This document shows positions 38,131 to 54,928 of a stretch of 64,000 bases of DNA, in pieces. The position numbers were made by a program, and so were the translations under genes. Origin of the DNA: Octopus sinensis. Its lineage: Eukaryota. Within the stretch, counting starts at the first letter, position 1, and each line of letters opens with the position of its first letter. The notes under the pieces are model-generated. The model did not search any database, was not told the DNA's origin, and worked only from the letters and a program-made list of their open reading frames with translations. The stretch lies in NCBI RefSeq assembly GCF_006345805.1, contig NC_043003.1, positions 76,570,001 to 76,634,000 on the forward strand. The letters are read 5' to 3'.

Positions 38131-41100
38131 ATAATATATTATTCATTTTTCCGTTGTCAGCAACATCAAATTTTGGGATGTAAAGAATAAAATATGATGT
38201 ACAGAAAGCCTTGAAATAACTACTCTAACAGAAAATACGAGACCTGCAGGCTAAATATTAAATATAAACGAGTTGCAAGGAGAATAGGGGAAAACTACAA
38301 AAAGAAACAACCATATAGACAAAGAAAATTAGGGGAAAATAGAAAGGGACATGCACAGACAGGAATATACATGGAATCACTTTCGAATTAGTCTTAAAAA
38401 TACAGTATGTTATACGAAGTAATCCTAGCAGGAACGATGGTGGGACTTTCAGCTTTGTGTAAAAATAATTGAGATATCTACTAACTAGAATTTACAAACA
38501 AGTAATTCCTTCTACATCCATATTAATCCCTTTACCTAATTTTTCTTATTTAACTAGCAACTGACTTTCTTAAGTGTCACCTGTTTAGGATCACTTGTCT
38601 CAGTAATACACTAAATATCAAGAGAACTCTTCTTATATTGATTTGGTAGTATAGAACCTTAACAGAATATCGAAAAGCATCAGTTACAAATGATTTATTT
38701 GAACTGTTTGGAAAGACAGATATATCTTCTCCCTTGAATGACACAACAACAGCAAAAACCCAGTATGATCGACCAATTATTGTAGAAATATAGCATTAGA
38801 GTGTTACTAGTAATAACAAATAATAAAGACTCCTACCAACATATACATAGATACTAAAAGGTATTCATGCACATCCAGAATGCGAAGAGCTACAAATAAA
38901 AAAATAGAGTGTTGAGTTCTACCAGTATAAAGACCTACAAATCTAGACATGTTTGTGATAGAACTGATAATGTATATGACAGATTTTAGTGCGAGATATT
39001 TGTGAGAAAGATAGTAAACATGAGAATTTGCTGTTGCCTAATGCATGTAGTATAAAGATAATTAGGCCTGGACAGTAGATTATATTCTCTACCACTTGAA
39101 AGGAATGAGATAAAAAAAAGATGGCTTTGACAGCAGGGTGCAATATAGTATCACATCTTTAGGATGCAATAGGTCTGTCTACTAGTATTATGTACACTGA
39201 TACGTATATATGTTGACAGTGGTAGATCTCTACATCGAGACTTCCAGTACGTTTCAAAATTACTAAGCCACCACACTAGTGGTTTTCTACCTTATAATAT
39301 TCGGGCTCTTTGCTAGGAAGTCTACACATATGTCATTATTTTATTACATCCCTATGATAGCAGTTCGTAGTCTAACAGTTCTAACAGTTTCTACGTTAGA
39401 TCACTATCCCCATATCCTGCTCCAACCGCTTGTACCAACGATTAACACCTTGTGTGGTTGGTAGTCCGGCTACAGTCTTTGAGACAAATTAGTCATTCAT
39501 ACGGAGAAAGAAAAATTTTGATTATTGACCACATCTTAAAATGGATATGACATGAAACCTCCAGTTCACGAAATGATAATGGGTGGAGTTCATAGATTTA
39601 GTGAAATGCTTTGTTGACATCAAGTACAACAGCATTGTTTTCGTGGCTGGCATAAGAGAGTGAGAACCCAGTAGAACTGGCATAGTGGAAAAAAGGTTTC
39701 CCTTAGGTCTGGTTCAATAAAACTTGCAGTGGTGATCAGCGAGAAGTGACTCGAGATGATGGAGGTAATTGTTTATTTTTCGATACTCTTTCATATACAA
39801 CTGTATTTACCTTCCAATATGGATACATGACCTACTTGTATAAAAAATATAATAGTATAGAAGCGAGTCAAAACATTTACCTTTTTGCCCTAAATGTCTT
39901 TAAAATCACATCCTACTGTCTAAAGTAAAGAACACATTGACTGATGTAATCCATTATCTACAAAGAAACGTATAGGTGATGACTGATCAACTTTTGATAT
40001 TAGGTCTCTTTGATGAAAGCTGACCAATGGATTAACCACAGTCGCTAGTGTACGGAACTACAAATGTAAAAAATCTTCCAGTAACGTATATAATATCTCA
40101 CTAGCGTGTATGTGTTTTAGTGGCACACGAAGAAAATCTAAATCTGAACTATGCTTTAATTTTGAAGCTCTTGAATAGGGTAATATTGACTATTCTCCAA
40201 GAATATTCACGATAAATATTTTTGTTACAAATGCATTCATTTATTGCATTCATATCCGCTTGTACCAATGATTAACACCTTATACAACAATAGCCAGTAG
40301 CCCCATAGCTTTTAAATTCAATTTGTTGTTCCGTTTAATGCTATGTCATCATTGTAATGCCAGCTTGCTGAATACGAAATTGCGCCAATAGCATACGGCC
40401 ATATGTTGTGAGGCTTTCTTATTACATATCTATGCTAGATGACAATATAGATAGTTTACGGGTATATGCATGTCAGCAAAGTTCACAAATAATCATGAAT
40501 ATATAAACTGTTCCCTCTATCGGAACATTTGTAATATAAAGTACGATATTGACTGGAGGAGACACGTCCAGTATAGTTTTGTATGTTTGGACACACTAAT
40601 TGTTAGCTATGTCCAGCAATAGAAAACTATATTTGACGTCTCTTGCACATTATTCAACTCTAAGGTGTATCACTTCCACCATGAAACTTTTATAGCGAAC
40701 CTACCTTCAGATCCATACATACCATGACTTCAAATCTTCATTCTGTCTCTGTTCAAATTATACTTTTGCTCAACAGAGAAAAATAATATGAACATCAACT
40801 GTACCGGCTTACAGAAATTTATAAGTTCTTTGTGCTCTAATGTATCTATTCATTAAACGTCTTACCTTCTTTGGTTACATGTCAAAGAATTACATGTCAA
40901 TTACATTATTGTAATCAACTGCATATATTTATATTGTGAAAATTCGATATCCAAAGCTTCGTCTGTGTGACTTGAAATGACCGAGTAGAGAGGATAGCTA
41001 CTCGGGAAGTGGGGTCCGTACCGCATACACTGTGCTGAAAATGAATATCAAAGATAGAAAAAGGTAGATATGTATAAATATCAATATATATATATATATA

Positions 41101-42384
41101 TTTTCGAAATCAAATCATGACATGCATGTTGGCCTGCAGAGTCATAATTCTAACATGCACTGCCGAGGTTCAATTCCTGGGATAAAGCAATGTGCAATAG
41201 ACTAAAGTCTATTCTATGAAGGGGTATATCTCCTATCTACACGCACTTTTACAAAAACACGGAATAAACACATTGATCACATGTATCAATGTGATTCATG
41301 AAATGCGAAGCTTAATTAGTAATTAAAGTTGTTGAAAGAAGTAATTACGTGTTTGTATTTACAGATCACTTTCAAAGAACTAATGATCTTCACACTAGAG
41401 AGGAACCAAAGTACAGAGAAATAATCAAGATTACTGATAAGGTATGCGCTCTAGAAAATTAATATGACTGCCAGCTATGTTATTATAAAGTGTGTGATCT
41501 TATTAATCACTTGGAAACTGCTGATGACGAATAGTATCATTTCTTCCGTCACCTTTTCCAACAGTAATATTTTTTTTCTTAAATAATATATGCTCAGTTA
41601 GCGAAACTTTAGAACGCAACTCATTCCACATCCAACGTACTAATCCTATTAAAATGTTATTAACTGTCATTGTTGACTTCATAGTACAGACCATCACTAG
41701 ATTCCTCGAATTATAAGCTTTATATTTTTTGCTTTTCACCTGCAGTTGATTGCTAATTATGTAAATATAATACAGATATTTTTAAGATAATTTCTTTCTA
41801 ATTCTTACATATTTAGAAGTATTTCTCTTCAACATTTGTGCCAACTGTTGAGCATATATAGAGCTGCAGCACTGTGTAGAAAATACTTAGGTAAGTCTTG
41901 ATATATTAGTATGATATTAGGCTGCATATTGTCCCATAGTAAAATCAACCACAAGGTTTTTAAAATAAAATTTATTTCTATAGCATTTTATCACAATATT
42001 TACATAATTATATACGGGCTTGACAATGGTGTATTGTGACAGAAGTAGAGAGAATTGTTCTTAGATACATTAATAAGAGGAATGAATAGCTTTGTGTGAA
42101 GCTATACATTCATAATGCTATTCGTCATAATCAACGATATTTTTAAACAAGAAACTAGTCTTCTTACGGACTTGTCTGTGTCACATAAATGTGCCTCTCA
42201 AATACAAACTGACTAGCTGCATATGTGAGTGTGACAGGAGGTGAGGAGAATGTGGTCATGGTACGTGCTTGAAGAAGTGATTTGTAAACAAAAAGCCTCT
42301 TTCAAATACAGGTCGAGCAGGAACCAAGAATTCTGTGTTAGACTAACTTCTTTGGATCCTTCTCTAACCTCTGCGCTGATTCTG

Positions 42385-42670
42385 GTGATCCGCCTTCAGT
42401 CGAGCAAATCGACCCCAGGACTTATTCTTTGTAAGCCTAGTACTTATTCTATCGATTTCTTTTGCCTAACCGCTAAGTTACGGGGACGTAAACACAGCAG
42501 CATCGGTTATAAAGCGATGTTGGGGGGAGAAACACAGACACACAAACACACACATACATACATATACATATATACGACGGGCTTCTTTTCAGTTTCCGTC
42601 TACCGAATCCGTTCCCAAGGCTTTGGTCGGCCCGAGGCTATAGTAGAAGACACTTGCTCAAGGTGCCATG
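42385..42670 (-). mobile_element. SINE family A, partial
   Basis: GTCGAGCAAATCGACCCCAGGACTTATTCTTTGTAAGCCTAGTAC..GAAGACACTTGCTCAAGGTGCCA. Confidence 0.92.
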
Positions 42671-42788
42671 CATATATATATATATATATATATACAGAGA
42701 GAGAGAGAGAGAGAGAGAGAAGAGATACATACATATACATATATATATACACATATATATTTATATTTATATATATATATATATATAA

Positions 42789-42822
<34 letters not shown>

Positions 42823-43456
42823 ACTTAATAATTGACTTACACACACACATTTACACATAGACACAAATTTATGTGCATATGTGACTTACTGTCTCTGTGT
42901 GTGAGAGAGAGAGAGGTGGGTAGGGAGAAATTGTAGCTAAAATCTAGATGGCTCTTGTGTTTGCCCCACATGATCTATACCGGGTTATATATCATACCCA
43001 TAATTGCCTGCCTCATAAATGTACTTACAGGAATAGAACACCTACTCCCTTCCTAATCCAACGTCCTCCATGCTACGCTACTATGTGCGTGCGTGTTGTC
43101 TGTATTTGGATAGAGGTATCGACGCATAGATATAATATAGGCAGACACACAGAAAGATAGATATTTGCATATGGCTAATATCATTGACAGGCTCTAACTA
43201 CGAAGGTATGTTAAACAGCACAAAGTGAAACCAATACTCACATAAAATATACTATTACCATATTTCAAGTATTAAATAATTATTGAAGAATACTGAGGAC
43301 AAGGAAATAATACAAATGAGATTGGTTTGTCATTCTTCGATTGACAGTCATAAACGTAGCTGTCCTTCATATAAACGTTGTGTGTGTTTAGTGCATTTTT
43401 TTGTTATATGTGTATTCTTTACTGTGTATTCATGTTTGATAGTATGTGTGTGTATG

Positions 43457-43526
<70 letters not shown>

Positions 43527-43974
43527 GTATGTTGTTCTATAAATGTGTTTTGTGTACGTGATTTCGGTAGGAGGAATACAACTAAAAATATTAATGCCAA
43601 TATTATGTTGAATAATTGAGACACAAGACTCATGGTTTATTAGTTTGATTTGAGGTTTAAAGGTTCTCGATGATTCATTGAACTGTCAGAGTGCCAGAGA
43701 AACAAGGGGAGGAAAAATGAATAAAAGACAGCATCTGTTAAATGGATCTGAGTGGAAATTTCCAATTTATGTATTCATTGTTGATTATTGTTGGCATTCG
43801 GATTCCTAGCCGAGCTAAACGATTTTCATTGTTAGATACACAGTATTAGGTTTTGCGGTAACAACTAGATATTAGCAGTCATTTGTTGCTGGAGGAATGG
43901 ATTAAACTATGGTTGTTTATGAAAGTGTTGTTATTATTAACAACAGAATATACCAAAACGGTTGTTGCGGAAAG

Positions 43975-44110
43975 TCGATTTTTACCTCTTTTACTTGTTT
44001 CAGTTATTGTACTAAGCCATGTTGGGACACCATCTTGAAGGATTTAGTTGACGTATTCAACCCTAGAACACACTTTTTAAGCCTAGTACTCTTTCTATAG
44101 GTCTCTTATA
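43975..44110 (-). mobile_element. SINE family A 3' fragment
   Basis: CTCTTTTACTTGTTTCAGT..GCCATGTTGGGACACC..AAGCCTAGTACT. Confidence 0.75.
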
Positions 44111-44244
44111 TAGAACCCGTCCGTCAAGCTGTGGGTAAGCAGCAAAGACAGGTACAACGACACATGCATTAATATCTCTCTCTATCTATCTGTCTATCTA
44201 CCTCTCTAACAATCTATCTATCTATATATATATATATAGTAAGT

Positions 44245-44430
44245 GCAGGCGTGACTGTGTGCTCAGAAGATTGCTTCCCAACCACATGGTTCCAGTTACA
44301 TTCCAACTGCGTGGCACCGTAGGCAAGCGTCTTTTACAATATCCTCGGGCCGATCAAAGCCTTGGGAGTGGATTTGGTAGACGGAAACTGAAAGAAGCCT
44401 GTCATATATATATATATATATATATGTGTG
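44245..44430 (+). mobile_element. SINE family A 5' fragment
   Basis: GCAGGCGTGACTGTGTG..CCAACCACATGGTTCC..GAGTGGATTTGGTAGACGGAAACTGAAAGAAGCC. Confidence 0.88.
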
Positions 44431-44949
44431 TGTTCTATATTAAACAAAATTTAAATGTTTGTTTATAAAATATTTCGTTACATCATCTTATATGCATTTC
44501 ACTAACAACTATACCTGCTTGATAAATCAAAATCTTAGTAACAGTTTACATAATCTAATCATAAGATATTACGTAACACATTTAATTCGCCAAAATGATA
44601 TGTAGAGTAAGTTGAACAGTATCAACGACCATATTTAAAATGCGTTGAATAATTTACTTGAATACGAATTGCGAAGGTTGAACAACTTTTTTTTTATCAT
44701 AGCAGACAAGTTGGTATGCTTCTTTCTGTTAATGAGCAGACAAATTTTGGATGCCTGATTACACTGGTCAGCAACCAGAATGCTTCTGAGACAGAGTAGT
44801 AAGTTCCAACTAATGTTAGGTCGCTGATAATGCATATCATGGTCAAAAACTGTTTGTTAGCTGTACTTTTCAAGTACGTTTCTTACCACACTCACAGTCG
44901 CACTGTCCTTCAGTATTGTTCCAGCAGTCATATGAGGTGGTTTTGTTGT

Positions 44950-45176
44950 GTAAGTTTATATACTGAGGTGAAAGGTAGGTGATTTCCCTGGTCAAACACT
45001 TATTAAACTTATAATAAATATTCATTGAGACAGCTATTGATATGCATATGAGGTATTTTATATTAGTTCTATTTTTCAACTGAATGATATAAATACTGCT
45101 GCTCTACAGTATAATGATGAATATATGAATGAATATTCTGTTTATCTTCTAACTGTTTATTGCTTCCTTCTTTCAG
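44950..45176 (+). other. Candidate spliceosomal intron upstream of the Chapaev-like transposase
   Basis: GTAAGT donor (44950), CTAAC branch point (45149-45153), polypyrimidine tract and TTTCAG acceptor (45176) directly before the first transposase codon. Confidence 0.45.
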
Positions 45177-46830
45177 GTGCCTCACATTTATGTGAATGAG
45201 GCAGGCAACTTCTGCTACATTTGTAGTGAGAAGACTTTTGCATCACAGAAGCGCTCTATAACTGTTATGGTTACAAAGGCAAATCCCGTATATTTTGGAT
45301 GCAAGTTCGACGACCAAGATAAGAAGTAGGCTCCTCACATATGCTGCAACATTTGTGCTACTATCCTTCGCCAATGGCTTACCAAGAAGAGGAAGGGAAT
45401 GATTTTTTCCCGTGTCAATGACGTGGCGGGATCCAAAAGACCATACCAAAAATGGTTATTTCTGCATGGTACCTCCAATAAAAAAAGGCTTGTCAAAGAA
45501 GAAAAAGTAGTTCATTAAATATCTAAACATTCCTTCAGCTATTTGCCCAGTACCACACGGAGAAAGTCTACCTGCTCCTAATACACCAAGTTAGGTATCC
45601 TTCGAGTCAGATGAAGAAAGTGATTAGGAGGAAGTAGAGAAGGATGACGGTGCTGGATTACAGATTGACCGAAATATTTATGAAGCACACATTTCTAAAT
45701 CACATCTCATAACACAAGGTGAATTCTACGACTTTGCCACGTCTGTACTACATCCTAAGTATAAGGCAGTGCTGCTAGGCTCTCGTCTTCAACAGTGGAA
45801 TCTGCTTGCAGTTGATGTGAAGATCTCAAAATTTCGTTACCATTAGCAGCAATTCATCAACTTTTTTATATTAGAAGATGATTTATTGACCTGCAGCAAT
45901 ATTAATGGTCTGACGGAAGCCCTTGGCATTGAATCCATTTGCTGGAGGCCATTTGTGGATTCATCAAAAATTAATCGGAAAGATGTCTTGCTGCATAATG
46001 GCAATCGTGAACCATCAATTCCTGTTGGTATGCTCCACATGTGAAAGAAACGGATGAGAATATAACGCATATGTTGCAATGCATGATATATGATGAACAT
46101 CAATGGCAGTTCTGTGGTCACTTAATGGTTGTTGCTCTTACGATGGGCTTTCAGATACTACTGCGTTCTGTATGAATGGGACAGGCGTGCAATAGGTTCC
46201 CAATATATCAGGAGAGTCTGCCTACCTTGTCAATCATTGGAACCTGGAATAGAAAATGCTCAACGCCCATCTTTCACTAAACCAAACAAAATTTTGCTAC
46301 CAGCTCTACAGAAAAACTGTGGTTCATGAAATAATTTGTAAAAGCAATGAACAAATCCGCTGAGGGGCTCAAGTCCCCTCACTATGCGACGCTAAGATAA
46401 AAGTAGGAGGCTTCCTTGGTCCTCAGATTCGAGAGTTTCTTAAAGATATGCGTCTTCGAATCAGTCCTTCATGGGGCAGAGCAAGTTGTTGGGGAAGCAT
46501 TGAAGTTATGGCGAAGTGATTTCTTGGAAACAGAATGGAAGGAAACTATCGCGAATTGGTAAAAAAACCTCATCAAGATTTACAGGAACATGGGACGTAA
46601 CATGTCACTTAAAATCCCCATTTAGGACTCTCATTAATACTTTTTTAGGGAACTGTGGCGCAGTAAGTGACGAACATGGTGGAAGGTTTCACCAAGATAT
46701 TTCAACTATAGAATAGCATTACCAGGGTAAATGGAGAACAGCAATGCTTGCACGCTGCTGCTGGACATTGACAAGAGATGATTCTTCAACCCACTAAAAG
46801 CATCAAGCAAAAAGGCAGAGAGCAGATACG
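45177..46830 (+). pseudogene. Chapaev3-like (CMC superfamily) DNA transposase, decayed
   Basis: VNEAGNFCYICSEK..YFGCKFDDQDKK*APHICCNIC..WRDPKDH..YFC (Chapa Zn domain); ..LLGSRLQQWNLL; EWDRRA; FVKAMNK; GPQIR; CHLKSPF; GAVSDEHGGRFHQDISTIE*HYQGKW. Confidence 0.88.
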
Positions 46831-46929
46831 GACTATATTTTAAAACATAATGACATATATTATACTCAATATAGTCAATGAAATATTCCATGCTATGTAT
46901 CGTTAAGCCTTTTACAAGATGGTATTTGG

Positions 46930-47330
46930 AATAAGGACATGAAAATACATAAGAATAAATTAATCTATGGACTATCCATTACTATTGAAAAAGATAACAA
47001 CTCTGTGAACTTCCTAGACGTTAACTTCAATCTTGATACTTCCTCCCATCAACCTTATCTTAAACCTAAATACAGTATCACATGCATAAACGCTCAAAGT
47101 AACCATCCTTATAACATTACAGAAACCCTGACCACTAACACAGAGAGAAGAATTAATATATTATCATCTAATGAAGAAATGTTTAACAAACATAAAGACT
47201 ACTATAACCTAGCACTTAAGAAGTTAGTTTATAAGTATGAAATTAAGTACAATACAAACGACAGCATCAATGCTAATAATACTACACTTTATCTTGAAAT
47301 GAATAGCGAAGATAATATTAGTTAACCTAA
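46930..47330 (+). mobile_element. Penelope-like element RT thumb/linker fragment
   Basis: YGLSITIEK..VNFLDVNFNL..HQPYLKP..INAQSNHP..RRINILSSNEEMFNKHKDYYNLAL: FLD motif and SNHP motif of PLE RTs. Confidence 0.85.
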
Positions 47331-48113
47331 GTCACCTGACGAATTAGTACACCCCGGTAAACATATAAAAAAAAATAAACTCTCAATGATACTCATCAAC
47401 ATAACTTTAGCAAAAAACACGGAAATCAAAGCTACAATAAACACTAATAAACTTAATCAATACGAACACCATACACATAACTCACCTAATCCCTTCAATA
47501 ATCCATAGAACTCAAATTAATATAGATGGGTAAAGAATAGCAAAACAGAAACTAATACCTTGTGTGAGAATAGCTGACCCCGCAAACACAACCCATCATT
47601 CCAATAAAGAAAACAGCAGTAACATTACTTGGATCATAATACTTAACACTTATGCACGTCTCCCTACACCTCCTTTTCGCTCAATATGTACTTTTTAAAA
47701 CAAAATATTATATCTTTCCTTAGAATACCCAATAAGTTTTGTATTTTATTCTATTTGCATAAAGTGTCCTTTTAAATCCCATCACCATACACATACTAAC
47801 TAATACTGTTTTATGTTACTTATCATTCTACCTGATAATTGAATGTATTTTACTGCTGATATATGCAAACATATATAGTACTTCTTGGTGTCCTACATGC
47901 GTACAACCACGTCTGCATATCTAGATATGGATCTTATATGTCATCTGTGTGTGCATATCTATTATTATTGTGTGTTTATTCACTAAATGTTGCCACTAAC
48001 ATGTATTTTTTAAATGAAAGTGTGCACATATACGTATGTTTCGCATACATATATATATGTACATATATATATATACACACACACACACACAGACACACAC
48101 ACATATATATATA

Positions 48114-48164
<51 letters not shown>

Positions 48165-48168
<4 letters not shown>

Positions 48169-49261
48169 ATTTCAACAATTGAGGGTAAAATTAATTAATT
48201 AATCAATTTCACCAAGTATTCAGTATGCAAAGGGACCATTTAAGGCGAATTCAAATTATTACATTATATAAAAGGGCTTAGTAAAATAAATTACTTTGCC
48301 GCATACTGAACTCATTAGAAATAGCAGCTAAAAAAACTTTTTTTAAACTATTTCTAATACTTAAAGAAAACCTGCTGGCACTGTTAGTTTCGAGCAGATC
48401 TTCAGAAGCGATAAGAAGCCGAAAGGGTATGCTCCCACTTTCAGTGTTTTCAAATCCAAACCAGGGAGTTCTGAGCTGTTGATAGAAATGTCGAGTTTGA
48501 CTAATCTTGAAACGTACGTTCTCAAATAACCTTTGCATTTGATTTTTTAATGTCTCTACCCCCATACTTTCGTGAGTTGAGTTGAGCAAACACTATATGA
48601 GAGAGGTTTTCTTTAAGTATTAGAAATAGTTTTAAAAAAGATTTTTAGCTGCTATTTCTAATGAGTTCACTATGCGGCAAAGTAATTTATTTTACTAAGC
48701 CCTTTTATATAATGTAATAATTTGAATTCGCCTTAAATGGTCCCTTTGCATACTGAATACTTGGTGAAATTGATTAATTAATTAATTTTACCCTCAATTG
48801 TTGAAATTATAATTCATCTCTCTCTATATAATGCCTCGGATTTTACCGAAAAAGCATAGTGTTTGCTGATTTTAACCCACGCTGGTGGAAAGGGGAGAGC
48901 AGAAATTCTTCGCTTGCATTTTTGAGTTTGCTGGCACTGTTAGTTTCGAGCAGATCTTCAGAAGCGAAAGAAGCCGAAAGGGTATGCTCCCACTTTCAGT
49001 GTTTTCAAATCCAAACCAGGGAGTTCTGAGCTGATGATAGAAATGTCGAGTTTGACTAATCTTGAAACGTACGTTCTCAAATAACCTTTGCATTTGATTT
49101 TTTAATGTCTCTACCCCCATACTTTCGTGAGTTGAGTTGAGCAAACACTATATGAGAGAGGTTTTCTTTAAGTATTAGAAATAGTTTTTAAAAAGTTATT
49201 TTAGCTGCTATTTCTAATGAGTTCAGTATGCGGCAAAGTAATTTATTTTACTAAGCCCTTT

Positions 49262-49268
<7 letters not shown>
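48165..49268. mobile_element. Penelope-type pLTR module: inverted + partial tandem repeat embedded in (TA)n
   Basis: 48165-48373 is the reverse complement of 48604-48811; 48374-48712 is repeated directly at 48930-49268; hammerhead-like motif in each direct copy. Confidence 0.75.
49027..49079 (+). ncRNA. Hammerhead-like motif (second copy 48472-48524 has CTGTTGA)
   Basis: TGAG-CTGATGA-..AGA..GTC/GAC..TCT..-GAAA-CGTACG-T-T-CTCA: stem I TGAG/CTCA and palindromic stem III ACGTACGT; stem II is irregular. Confidence 0.55.
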
Positions 49269-49317
<49 letters not shown>

Positions 49318-50996
49318 CTGCTATGTTTATATGTGTGTACTTATATTATATGCGTGTGCCCTTTCTCTTTGCACCGGTATGAGTGTATATATATTTTTAC
49401 GGTATTCTTTCCTTTATGTATACCCTAATCAAAACACAACTAGAATTCCTATATCTATGTACAGTAATGTGCAGATATGCCTCTACTCACGTATAAGTAA
49501 ATATGCTAACATTTTTTCCGTATTAGATTTTTATATGATATTATATATAAATCACTTTGCATACTTATGTGTATCCCCATACTCGTATCTTTTCTTATAT
49601 TCATGATACACAATATTCTTCTATTACTTGAATATTAATACTAACCTAATACCACTATATATCACTCTCACATTGTGCCAAGCTAGTTCTTTACCTCGTA
49701 TTTTTATTTATACTTAAACATAGTTACCGCATAACCTTAGATATAATTACATATAAGTTATACCTTCTATTTTCTATTTTTTGCTTTCCCAGCTCATTTA
49801 TCTCCCCTACATTGTTTGTTTTTTTGTTTTCAGTATTCCTACATCAATAATAAATCTTTGAGCGCTCTTTTTTCGTCTTTATATCCACAGCAAGTATTTA
49901 CTTTATAAATTGTAATATTAACAATTATTTCTTTCAGTTTTTACTTAAATTTAATACATACAAACGAGTATTAGTTCTTTTGCAAACACAAGTCCATTTT
50001 ACGCATCTTATTCTCTCTTTAACCCTTTTTTACTTCTCTAACTCTTGTCTACATTAATAATCCAGTAGCCCTTTATACACTACCTCCTTTAAAACAACTT
50101 CATTCTCATGTAAAATCTTTTTATTAAATATGCACCACACTTAGTATTGTTTCTAACTGTCAGTTCAAATCTTAATTCAAGTATAGCCATGCCTCTCCAT
50201 TGGACATTTCTATAAAATGTTTACCCTGCGCGACTTAATGGGAGTTAGAATTTCTAATCGCCTTACTCATCTATAAAGGGAACGTCTCTGAAACCGCTTT
50301 CACTTATATTTTCAAATAACTGTTACAGCCTTCAATTTTTAGTTAATACCTAACTGCACCCACATTTTTTCTCATAAGGATAAATATGAATCTCCTAGAT
50401 CCTATTCATCTATTTCCTATCTCAAGTGCTTTGTAAAAATTTTGTTTATACTTCTTGCACTGAAGAGTACGGTGATATATAATTAATTTAATTTCATTTA
50501 ATTAATTTAATTATTTCTATTCAACCATGAATTTGCATGATTTTTATATCGCTGCACGAAACCATCGTCTGTATGAATTAAAATTCTCTTATATATTTTA
50601 GCATCATCTCTTCTCCATTTTTAACAAAATTGTTGAGTTTTAAATGCGATTCCTTTCCATAAATTCACAACACATCATATACAAGTATTATTTTCATATT
50701 TGCAAACTTACCAGCAAAATATGAAGAATCTATATTTTGGGGGGAATCTCTAAATTAAAAGACGAATCTAATTCAACCTTTCTACACACACACACACACA
50801 GACACACACACGCACGCACACAGACACACCAACACCCACATTGCGTGATAGATAATCAGTATTTAAAAACTGATGGTTTGCTGCAATAAGTGTGTGAGTC
50901 TAAGAGGAAAATACGTTGAATAAATTCATAATTAACTCAGGTTCCTGTATTTTCTTTTACTCAAAGCCAGGAATTTTCAGCACACCCTCGTATATA

Positions 50997-51044
<48 letters not shown>

Positions 51045-51496
51045 GAACTATGCATATGTGTGTGTATATATATACATGCCTAAATATGACTGATACAGAG
51101 TCAATGTACAAATGTAAGATCGAATATATACATACGTAATTGTTAGTGTAAGGAGAGTGTATATATTAAATTAGCCGATTTGCTGACAAGTGACGTGATT
51201 GCAAATTTGATATATTTCTTAGAAAACTACAAAATGCCTCCCGGATCATGGTGCAGATGTATAAGTATTCAAATAGAGTAAAATTAAACTTTCCATAAAT
51301 TATAGACAAATAAATATGCATGCGTGTATGTATATAGGCATACACAAACATATAATTTATGGAAACTTTTAATTTTCTCCATGAGAATACTTAAATATAT
51401 GCAGTGTGCGCCTTGAGGCAGTTTTGAAGTTTCATACCTATTTACATATTATTACATAAATGCCTTTTCGGTGCGTATATGTACGTATTCATGCAT

Positions 51497-54244
<2,748 letters not shown>

Positions 54245-54251
54245 ATATATG

Positions 54252-54282
<31 letters not shown>

Positions 54283-54584
54283 GTATATATATTATATGTT
54301 ATATATATATATATATATATATATGTATAATATATATATATGTATATATATATATATGTATGTATATATATATATATGTATATAGATATGTATATATGTA
54401 TATTGTATATATATATATGTATGTATATATGTATATATATATATATGTATATATATATATGTATATATATATATATGTATATATATATATGTATATATAT
54501 GTATTATATATATATGTATATATATATATGTATATATATATGTATATATATATATATATGTATATATATATGTATATATATATG

Positions 54585-54616
<32 letters not shown>

Positions 54617-54631
54617 GGTATATATATATAT

Positions 54632-54690
<59 letters not shown>

Positions 54691-54691
54691 G

Positions 54692-54723
<32 letters not shown>

Positions 54724-54800
54724 ATATATATATATATATGTATATATGTATATATATATATATGTATATATATGTATGATGTATTTTATATATATATATG

Positions 54801-54831
<31 letters not shown>

Positions 54832-54867
54832 GTATATGTACATAATATGTATATATATATATGTATA

Positions 54868-54928
<61 letters not shown>

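Noticed and set aside
48385-48410. Minus-strand CTGAAGATCTGCTCGAAAC as a second, antisense hammerhead
   Set aside because: No closing stem II pair and no stem I partner after a T-H site.
48278-49144. Duplicated minus-strand ORFs MLNSTHESMGVETLKNQ.. as a small protein gene pair
   Set aside because: They start at a non-ATG codon, diverge after the repeat boundary, and are antisense to the hammerhead-bearing repeat; the duplication explains their identity.
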